This document shows positions 56,333-64,000 of a stretch of 64,000 bases of DNA, piece after piece. The stretch's first letter is position 1. Every line of letters starts with the position of its first letter. The stretch comes from a virus (taxonomy: Duplodnaviria > Caudoviricetes), in IMG/VR virus record IMGVR_UViG_3300025073_000989. The stretch is one strand, 5' to 3'. The notes under the pieces were generated by a model. The model had not been told where the DNA came from and made no database searches. It saw only the letters and a list, made by a program, of their open reading frames with translations. The translations under genes were made by a program, and so were the position numbers.

Positions 56333-57803
56333 TTACCCGTTTCTTCTGATCTTAAAAGCGCCAGTAATATTACCAATAGTAACATCACCTTTAACTACAT
56401 ATAGATCATTAGTGGATCTAAAACCAAAAGTCTGTGTAGCATTAGAACCCATATCCAAAGTCATACCCTCATCAGTGATTTTTAAGTGCTCAACAACCAT
56501 TGTTTTTAGAGGATATTCTTGTCCACCCTCAGCATAAGCAGACTGAAGAACGCCATCAACAAATTGAGTTTCTCCAACCAAAGGAGAACCAGCAGCAATA
56601 GTTCTACTCGCTCCTGTACCTCCAGCTTCTTCGTCAGTTTGAGCATAAACCTTAACTACTAACATAAGGTCCTCTTCAGCCATTAAATCAGTTAAAGAGA
56701 TTTCGTCTAAAGTACCGCCATCATACTCTGTTAATTTTGCAGCTACTTTTGCCCAGTTCTCAAGATCACCAGCTGTAGTATCTACAGTTACAGTGATAGG
56801 AATTGGCAGAGTCAATGGACGATCATATGGACCAAGATGACCAAGCTCTGTAAGAGGCTCACGAGTAAGATCTGCTGATATAGTACAACCAGTTAAACGC
56901 CAAGCAAGGTCATAACTAACATCCGAGCTGGATACAATATGTACCTCTACCTGACCTTGTCTAATAGCCCCAATACTAGATGGCCTACTAGAGTCTGCTA
57001 GTACGTTGAAATAAGTATCAGCAGTGGCTGTACCGTAAGCATTGGCTGAGTAGGCTACATCAACTCTATCTCCGGCCGCGAAAGTCATACCTACAGGCTT
57101 AGTAAGCTCATGGGTAGCACCAACAGCATATCCAAAAGCTGTAGCAGTAGCAGCACCAGTTACAACTGGCCAGTTGGTCATAGTAGTAGCACTGGAGTCA
57201 TAAACAGAAACTGCAGGCGCGCCATTAAAATCCTTCCTCAAAAATCCCTTACCATTAGAAAGATCTGCAATTGCATTTCCAGAAGCTAAAGTAAGTGTAA
57301 AGGTAGATGGGTTACCAGAAGCATCAAAAGACTCCCAGTTAACAAAACGGCCTGCATTTAACAACCACATTTTGTTATCAGTTTCAGCACCATAATTCTC
57401 TGTAGCATTAGCTCCAGTAGTGTAACTAAACTCAAGGCTGTTTACATAGACTTCGTCCATGAACAACGTTTGATCAATATTACTATCTAGAGTACCAAGA
57501 GAGCACTCTTCCTGTACTGGTGCCCACAAAGTAACGCCTGGAAGATTACCACAGGTAACTGCAAAATCGGCAAGACAGGCACCATGAAGAAAAGTACTGG
57601 TCTCTGTTAAATTTGTACCACTGACAACTACTAGATTAGCATTGTCATTCGTGGCAGAAGCGCTCATTTCAGCTTTTGCCTTAGCAATCTGAGCTAGAAT
57701 TGCTAAAGTTTTAATATCACCGAAATCATTGGTGTTTAGTGTGACCGCTACCGCAGGCACGTCATCCACAACGTCAACGATGTCTAAATGCCCGAGCTCA
57801 AAT
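56333..57803 (-). CDS. Major tail tube protein, exon 2 (spliced product 526 aa)
   Basis: The frame stays open 11 codons upstream of the track's GTG (FELGHLDIVDV). Joining to exon 1 gives ...TTFTSEDI|FELGHL. Located between the terminator-like gene and the chaperones. Confidence 0.85.
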
Positions 57804-58866
57804 CATATCTGTTACTTTAATGACCTAGAAAATTTCTAGGCGAGGGGAGTTCTTCGACTCCCCCTCTCACGGTCTCCCGTGAAGTTCAGACTGTACCTTC
57901 ACCCTTATTATAGGGGCTTTGCACTCAGTCGTTGGGGAACGAATTTATAATGAATACACTCAGGTAAAACATAAGTTACCATATCTAATAACTTATTAAT
58001 CGCCTTAGTGCCCGATAAAGCCAAAGTATTGTTATATGAGTCTATAGCTATGTGTCCCAGAAAAAACTTTTTTAGTGCTTCTATTAAAATAGTATTTTCT
58101 TTTTTTGTAAAACTACATGTAGCTATTGATCCTCTTAGTGCTGTTTTACACTCTGACCTTAAAGAAAAACTACCGTCGTCGGAAAGCCAGATTGCCAAAG
58201 CCAACAGATCTAACTCTTCTATTATTTTTGTATTTACGCTTTTTTTACCATCAACATACCACTCATAATAATACTTTGTAATATCTGGGTGAGCTATTGT
58301 GTTACATAAAAAATAACCAGAGGAATAAGACTGTTTTCCTTGTATGATCTTTGGTCCTGGTTTTTCGGCCTCAATTATTTTAGTAGAAAATGGATTTAAT
58401 AATTCCTTCTTCCACTTCAAGTAATTTAGTTGCTTTGTACAGTGACCTATCTGTAATCTAGCATTTTTAGACTTGCTTTGTTTTATCAATGAACCATCTC
58501 CCAAAATAGAACCAAGTATAACAGATCTATGTAATTTTGAGATTTGTGCCGATCTTAATTCCTCATATATGGTCATACAACTAGGCAAAAGTTCTATATT
58601 GTAATTTTTATACCAAGCGTATACAGTACTATATGGTAAACTTGTTACCGACGCAACTTTTCCAACAGAGCAATGTTCACCCAAAAGAGCAGTCAATTCA
58701 TCTTTAGATAGTTTTTCTCTTTTCATTATAACTCCTTTCCTGCGAATTTTCTTTATTTTTAGGATTATTACTACTTATTCAGTTAGTACCTAAAACTTAA
58801 CAAGAGGTTCCCGCATATCGCAAAGTTTTTACCTACCTGTTACCAGGTAAGGGACACATTTAGTCT
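57804..58866 (-). ncRNA. Group I self-splicing intron (1063 nt) in the tail tube gene
   Basis: P1 GGACAU/GUGUCC with U-G at the 5' splice site; P10 AUUUG/UAAAU; P2 with GUAA loop; P3 CUUUGCG/UGCAAAG; P4 GCGG/UCGC; P7 GACUG/CAGUC; P8; P9 with GAGA loop; P9.1 and P9.2 hairpins; terminal G at 57804. Confidence 0.9.
57908..58726 (-). mobile_element. Intron-encoded LAGLIDADG homing endonuclease
   Basis: 272 aa; VILGSILGDGSL and LAIWLSDDGS motifs. Starts just after the P4 3' strand/P6; its 3' end runs through P7/P3/P8 of the ribozyme core. Confidence 0.9.
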
Positions 58867-58976
58867 ATGTCCTCGCTCGTAAAGGTTGTAGTACTCCCTA
58901 ATGATTGAACACGGTAAAGAACTTCTCCGTTAGCCCAAACACTTTGTGAAGCATAAATTATTCTATTTCTAGCCAT
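58867..58976 (-). CDS. Major tail tube protein, exon 1
   Basis: ATG at 58976 after AGGAGG; MARNRIIYASQSVWANGEVLYRVQSLGSTTTFTSED + AT (110 nt). The unspliced frame hits TAA shortly after. Confidence 0.85.
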
Positions 58977-59130
58977 AATATCTTGTTCCTCCTATTTCCT
59001 TATTTTTTTTATTAACGTTAACAAACTTAAGGTTGGTATTATAACAACAACTATTTAGATTATTGATAAACTGAGGCGGTCTAACAACAATCTTCCTTCT
59101 CCTGAAGAACTAATTATCTAATTAATCCCT

Positions 59131-59148
59131 CTACGTATAGAAAGGTTA
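59131..59148 (-). promoter_or_regulatory. Candidate phage late-promoter motif TAACC-N9-GTAG (upstream of tail tube)
   Basis: TAACC TTTCTATAC GTAG AGG; same motif at 13512, 17096, 26395 and a variant at 54118. Confidence 0.45.
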
Positions 59149-60030
59149 GTTAATTAAAATACTTTTGGTGTAATAAACCAAATCAAACGATATCTTAGAC
59201 CTATAAGCATTTAAATCACTTAACACTACTTCATTTCTTCCTCTACTCATTACTAACGGTAGACTTACATGCCTACTTGTAACCTTATCAAACTCCATAT
59301 TACCTACAAGGCCTTGCACCTTGGTTCTATCAAAAGGCGTTTGGTCCTTATTCATATTATTTCTGCGATCATAAAAAGTACCATCATAATCAATAGGTGC
59401 TCCTTTTGGAAAACCATATAATGGGCAACTTTTTAAGTATAAACCATTATAAATCTTATCCACTAAATCATTTCTTTCTGCTGTAGATGACGCAAAAATA
59501 TGTATATCAACTTTTCTAATTACCTTAACACCGGTACCCAGCTGATAACCTCCTTTACCGGTATCATTTATATCCAAAACAATTACTGGTGGATCTGCTG
59601 CTTCAATAGCAGCCCATTCATCTACTACACTCACATAATTCCAATAATAATCTACATAAGCAGGCTGAACTGTGCCCGAAGTAACAATTCTACCATCCAC
59701 ATAATCAATCATATATTCAGTATCTGGTATTATATTACCATCTGAATCGTAAACAGTAACCCTGTCTTTTTGTTCTATGGTGGCATAAACAGTACCAGAC
59801 GTTGTATCAAAATATAACCATCCTCTACCCCGGTCTGTAGGTTTAGGCACCATTTCAGTAAGCGCCTCATAAACAAAACTTGTGTTTGTTGATAATAAAG
59901 GCATATATACTAAAGGTATATTTTCCTCTCTTTCTATAAAATCACTTAGTACAGTATCTTTTATATAATAAAACAAAGATAAGTCTTCTTTTCTAAGTAA
60001 TGCCATTTCATAACTCATAGTATTCTCCAA
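59146..60030 (-). CDS. Tail terminator / tail completion-like protein
   Basis: 294 aa directly upstream of the tube gene; PPVIVLD...GYQLG...RKVDIHIFASSTAERNDLVDKI is a terminator-like pattern. Confidence 0.55.
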   Translation of the reverse strand: MENTMSYEMALLRKEDLSLFYYIKDTVLSDFIEREENIPLVYMPLLSTNTSFVYEALTEMVPKPTDRGRGWLYFDTTSGTVYATIEQKDRVTVYDSDGNIIPDTEYMIDYVDGRIVTSGTVQPAYVDYYWNYVSVVDEWAAIEAADPPVIVLDINDTGKGGYQLGTGVKVIRKVDIHIFASSTAERNDLVDKIYNGLYLKSCPLYGFPKGAPIDYDGTFYDRRNNMNKDQTPFDRTKVQGLVGNMEFDKVTSRHVSLPLVMSRGRNEVVLSDLNAYRSKISFDLVYYTKSILIN

Positions 60031-60642
60031 CTAACTAAGTTTTGTTTTAAGCTGCTTTAATGCATTTTCAGATATTAATGATAACCACTCTTCAATATTA
60101 TTGTTTACAAAATCATTAGCTTCTTTAAAAATATCTTGTGGTCCTGCTTTAGAAAAAGGAAAAATAAGTACCTCTACTTTCTCTCCTTTCATTTTAGCTA
60201 GTAACTTAGTGGTAGTCCAATATAAATATACCGGAGAACCTCCAGCCATAAAAGAAATTATAGTTTTAGGAAGCCCAAGTCTACGCCTGGCATCTTCATC
60301 TATCTCAACATACTCCGTTGGCGCCAAACCCTCTATTATCATCTGTAATAATTCTAATCCTCCACTAAAATCGAACAATTCTATATCCGGAATATGTAGT
60401 TTTAAGCCTAACTTAGTATTTTCAATAAAATTAAAATCCGTTAGTCTGCCAATAAAAGAACCCTGTAAAAATTTAGGATTTAATTTACTTCTATTATTAA
60501 AAACAACACTATTAAGCATAGAATTGTAATCATTACTTATTAAATCAATTACCGCTGGTTTAATAGTACTATCCAGTAAAAGTAAAAACTCCCTCTCTAT
60601 TAAACTTTTTAAATCACTTCCTAAATTACTACTAAATGACAT
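60031..60642 (-). CDS. Neck/tail completion region protein
   Basis: 203 aa in the head-tail joining position; no motif recognised. Confidence 0.6.
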   Translation of the reverse strand: MSFSSNLGSDLKSLIEREFLLLLDSTIKPAVIDLISNDYNSMLNSVVFNNRSKLNPKFLQGSFIGRLTDFNFIENTKLGLKLHIPDIELFDFSGGLELLQMIIEGLAPTEYVEIDEDARRRLGLPKTIISFMAGGSPVYLYWTTTKLLAKMKGEKVEVLIFPFSKAGPQDIFKEANDFVNNNIEEWLSLISENALKQLKTKLS

Positions 60643-61241
60643 TATGTATAATCCTTTATTATTTCTCCAGAATCTATGGATGGTTTTTCAGTAGTAAAAG
60701 CCATAACTATTAATAAAGCCTGATTACCTAAACCCCTTAATATTGGGGGCTTTGACAATTTACATTCTATACCGTCTACTACTATTTTTTGGCAATTTCT
60801 AAAAACGTTAAAAAATTTAGGATCTGTCTTCAATTGTACAATAGTAGAACCCTCAGTACCAGCTGGAGTATAAGTCATATCATTACTTGCACCATTACTA
60901 CTAGGATCCCATGTAACTAAACAATCTACCCAGTTTTTTCTAACTGTCTCTAAAAACCCCTTACCTCTACATATAGGACATCTTCCGCGAAGAAAATATT
61001 TATATCTATCACCTAGACCCCCAGAACTTACCCACAAAGCTTGTTGCTCTATAGCCTGTACAGGAGTCCATCTACATTTACCAGTAGACTTATCGGTAAG
61101 TTTGTCATAATAACAGTTACTACATTCAGATTTGGCTGGTTGTAGATATATAGCCACTTTACGACTTAAGCCTTTTACCACATTTCTAATTCTATTTTGA
61201 AAGTTCTGTTTGGTTTTAGGACTTACTCTATTCCTGGCCAT
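60642..61241 (-). CDS. Head closure/neck-like protein with Zn-binding insert
   Basis: 199 aa; CSNC...C...CPIC insert; position between adaptor-like and terminator-like genes. Confidence 0.55.
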   Translation of the reverse strand: MARNRVSPKTKQNFQNRIRNVVKGLSRKVAIYLQPAKSECSNCYYDKLTDKSTGKCRWTPVQAIEQQALWVSSGGLGDRYKYFLRGRCPICRGKGFLETVRKNWVDCLVTWDPSSNGASNDMTYTPAGTEGSTIVQLKTDPKFFNVFRNCQKIVVDGIECKLSKPPILRGLGNQALLIVMAFTTEKPSIDSGEIIKDYT

Positions 61242-61291
61242 TTTTAATCTCCAAATTTAATAAAAAATTATTATATAACAATTCTATATAC

Positions 61292-62191
61292 CTAGTCAAT
61301 CCTAACTCCCTTAGTGGAAATAAAAGTACTAGATTTAACGGCATCATCTAATCTTTTCTTTAGCCTAGACATCATAAGTTCTCGATTTCTCAATCCGGCC
61401 GTAGGATCATAACTAGTACGATCATCTTTTATAATTGCGCCGTCTTCAATGGAATCTTCCCACAATTCGCTAGTTAAAAGATCGTAAGAACATGCAAGCA
61501 TATATATTTCTGCGGACGTATTATCAACAGTCAAAGGTATTGGTGGGGGCGTATTATCGTAGGCTTCTAATATTTCTCTATCACTCCAACGAAATGTATA
61601 GTACCAGATATCTACACCATATTCTACTCCACCAGATACTGTAGTAACTGAAATATCGTCACTAAACCTAAGGTATTTGTATCCATTAATGGTAGGATTA
61701 GTAGAACTATTGTAAGCAATTCCTCCCATATGAACACTAGCTGGCCATCCTTTTTCATCTAACTCGTATGCTTTATTATCAAAATGAATAGAAGAGGCAG
61801 CCTCTTCCCCATATTCTCTTCGAAGCCCGACAGGGTCACCAGTAAGAGTTCTTATCCTTCTTACAGTAAGTTGCTGGGCAGTACCTAAATTTAACTCAGA
61901 AGGAAACAGTGGATTATAAAATAAATCTCCAGACTCCCCCAAAATAGGATCCGACCAAGTACTTTCATTCTCAGTTATAGTAGAATAATATTGAGACCTA
62001 TACCAATGTGAGGATAGACCGTTCGTATCAGTTTCTGTATAAGAACTTACACCATCTACTAAAACGGTAGGCCCTAATCCAGACACGGCCTCGAAGGGCC
62101 CGGTATCATATTCAGACCTTTGATACTTTATTCTATCATATATTTGAATAACTGTACTTATACTGTCGACTGTAATATTAAGTCTTATCAT
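61292..62191 (-). CDS. Head-tail adaptor-like protein with FnIII-like N-terminus
   Basis: 299 aa; N-terminal beta-sandwich (SYTETDTNG...WYRSQYY...ESTWSDP) and helical C-terminus (VRRIRTLTGD...IYMLAC..LL...LKKRLDD). Confidence 0.5.
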   Translation of the reverse strand: MIRLNITVDSISTVIQIYDRIKYQRSEYDTGPFEAVSGLGPTVLVDGVSSYTETDTNGLSSHWYRSQYYSTITENESTWSDPILGESGDLFYNPLFPSELNLGTAQQLTVRRIRTLTGDPVGLRREYGEEAASSIHFDNKAYELDEKGWPASVHMGGIAYNSSTNPTINGYKYLRFSDDISVTTVSGGVEYGVDIWYYTFRWSDREILEAYDNTPPPIPLTVDNTSAEIYMLACSYDLLTSELWEDSIEDGAIIKDDRTSYDPTAGLRNRELMMSRLKKRLDDAVKSSTFISTKGVRID

Positions 62192-62201
62192 AATTAACTC
62201 C

Positions 62202-62471
62202 TTACAAGTTTTTTGGTAGCGGAAAAGTCCTTCTTCCGGCCGAAGGTAATGTCTTTATTGTACTTCTTATTGTAGGTAAATAATCTACAATCCCATCAAA
62301 AGGTATAGGAATTGTAGGAATTATGTCAACAACAACATCCACAAAAGGCGTTTTTATATCATATATGGAAATCTCTGCTTTTTCTATAGGAACAGGATAG
62401 GGTTCCCTATCCCCAGCACCAGCAGAAATAAAACCACTAATAATACCTCTTGTTGCTAATGCTATACTCAT
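62202..62471 (-). CDS. Hypothetical Pro/Ile-rich protein
   Basis: 89 aa in operon; begins SIALATRGII. Confidence 0.6.
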   Translation of the reverse strand: MSIALATRGIISGFISAGAGDREPYPVPIEKAEISIYDIKTPFVDVVVDIIPTIPIPFDGIVDYLPTIRSTIKTLPSAGRRTFPLPKNL

Positions 62472-62472
62472 A

Positions 62473-64000
62473 CTACACCTTGGTTACTTTATATGATATC
62501 ATTTCATCTCCTGACCAGGATGTATTTATTTGATAAGTGGCAACAATATTATTATCAGTACCTACAGAATCAGCATTGCTATATGTTCTCATTCTTCCTG
62601 AAGACATAAGTTTACTACCATTATACTCTATATATTCAGTTTGATCTATATAATAATTTTCCTGCACTAAACCTAAAACCCTATCAACCCTATCTTTTAT
62701 GTCTCTAAAAGAATTATTTAAAGTGTCTATTATAATAGTAGCCCCATTTGAATTATCAGTAACAGAACAACCTCCAGTTACATATATAATACCTTCGCTA
62801 CAAGAACTATCTATTACAACATTACCATAATCAAAGTATGTATTAAATTCATTTATTCCTGTTTTATCTTTAAATACAAACATTCCAAAAGCATTAACAA
62901 TGTTTCCCTCAGCCTGTCCTATAGAAATAATAACAGGAGCGCTAGTATGTGACCGTATATCCTTCATATGCACATGAGTAGATATAACATCTCTAAAAGA
63001 TATAGTACCCTCTAATATGGCATTAAGTATATTACCCCATAGCATTTCTATATCTTTTAATAGAACATTTTCATACGTAGACCATCCACAGCAATAACCT
63101 GTAATCTTAATATCCCTAAAGATTGTATTTTCCATTATACAACCTTCTTGCAATGTAATTGTATCTCTAAAAGTAGAATGGCCTGTTATTAATTTCATAG
63201 AGACATCATTACCTGAAGCTATAGTAATATCTGAATGTATGTGTAATTCATTTGCCCCAAATTTATCAGCAAGGGCAATAGCATCTGTTATATTATTTAC
63301 TGGTGTATCTATTAGTCCTACTGGATAATTAGTTCCTGAAGTACCAGAGGAGTTAATATATATACGTTTATTATACTGTGAATCTACTGGTCGCAATAAA
63401 CCACTGGTATCAACAGTAAGTCCTGATTGTGACGTTGTATTATCAAATAGTTTTGCAACACCTCTTACCCCAATCATTCCCTGTGTAATTGATGAATCTA
63501 GTGTAATAAACCCAGAATTAATATCTAAACCACAATGCTGCGTTGAATTAGTCATATTTTTTAAAGTTAAAACCCCAGAAAAATCTGTAAAATGTACTGT
63601 TGCTAAACAACTATTAATATCAACTATAGGAGAATCTATACCATTTGACCCTACACAATTAACAAAACTAAAACGTCGATCAGCTTGTTGTCGAAATTGT
63701 ATGTTGCCCATTAGATGACAATTTATTATATTAGCATCACCACCAGAAGCGCATAAACCAGTAATTTCTGAAAGATGTGAATTGTGTATATTCATTCTTC
63801 CGCCACAAATACCTGAAACACTAACATCGTAAATATTAGCCCCTGTTGTTATACAACCTTCTCCTAGAATTATACTAGTTGAATCTCTATCCTCACCACG
63901 AATATTAATAAAACTGACATCATCATTATCTACTAAAATAAGTTGCCCTATAACAAATAATGTATCAAACCCTCTAGTTTCAATAATTATAAGAGCATCT
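62473..64000 (-). CDS. Beta-helix-repeat virion protein (partial; start lies beyond the right edge)
   Basis: The frame of 62473..63795 stays open to 64000 (DALIIIETRGFDTLFVIGQLILVDNDDVSFINIRGED...SGICGGRMNIHN). That segment repeats internally as DAIALADKFGANELHIHSDITIASGNDVSMKLITGH...TGYCCG. Confidence 0.75.
   Translation of the reverse strand, partial: DALIIIETRGFDTLFVIGQLILVDNDDVSFINIRGEDRDSTSIILGEGCITTGANIYDVSVSGICGGRMNIHNSHLSEITGLCASGGDANIINCHLMGNIQFRQQADRRFSFVNCVGSNGIDSPIVDINSCLATVHFTDFSGVLTLKNMTNSTQHCGLDINSGFITLDSSITQGMIGVRGVAKLFDNTTSQSGLTVDTSGLLRPVDSQYNKRIYINSSGTSGTNYPVGLIDTPVNNITDAIALADKFGANELHIHSDITIASGNDVSMKLITGHSTFRDTITLQEGCIMENTIFRDIKITGYCCGWSTYENVLLKDIEMLWGNILNAILEGTISFRDVISTHVHMKDIRSHTSAPVIISIGQAEGNIVNAFGMFVFKDKTGINEFNTYFDYGNVVIDSSCSEGIIYVTGGCSVTDNSNGATIIIDTLNNSFRDIKDRVDRVLGLVQENYYIDQTEYIEYNGSKLMSSGRMRTYSNADSVGTDNNIVATYQINTSWSGDEMISYKVTKV

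Noticed and set aside
56333-57769. Track start (GTG at 57769) for the tail tube protein
   Set aside because: No RBS; the frame continues to the intron 3' splice site, and the RBS-supported start is in exon 1 at 58976.
627-60529. All plus-strand ORFs in the track and the short nested minus-strand ORFs (e.g. 1763..1948, 5886..6074, 11959..12210, 45750..45941)
   Set aside because: They lie antisense to, or out of frame within, long well-supported genes. They lack RBSs and have shadow-type composition.
62473-63795. Track start (ATG at 63795) for the last ORF
   Set aside because: The frame is open to the window edge, so this is an internal Met.
1-64000. Stop-codon reassignment (alternative genetic code)
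   Set aside because: Coding density is high in the standard code, and TAG (10093) and TGA (23357) end genes at start-overlap junctions.
1-64000. tRNA, rRNA or CRISPR-cas genes
   Set aside because: Intergenic gaps are short and show no cloverleaf or repeat-spacer pattern. The Cas4-like domain is embedded in the TMP, with no other cas genes.

Overview
This is an AT-rich, densely coding window with every credible gene on the minus strand. It is the neck/tail/baseplate morphogenesis module of a very large tailed phage: strong GGAGG-type RBSs, standard code, no sheath gene between terminator and tube. Read right to left, it holds a beta-helix repeat protein, neck/adaptor and terminator-like genes, and a major tail tube gene split by a group I intron carrying a LAGLIDADG endonuclease. 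Next come two paralogous tail chaperones, a 7570-aa tape measure gene, hub/tube-like baseplate genes, a degenerate ThDP-decarboxylase (ComD/ComE or Ppd-like) gene pair, and many Ig/LamG-type tail appendage genes with a free-standing Hef-like homing endonuclease among them. The standout is the tape measure gene. Upstream of its TP901-type tape-measure core it carries a single-chain two-barrel RNA polymerase core (beta-like and beta'-like catalytic motifs, DFDGD at 47473-47487) and a RecB/Cas4-like PD-(D/E)xK nuclease. This suggests a tail-delivered RNA polymerase/nuclease polyprotein. All homology calls are by-eye motif recognition; no database searches were run.
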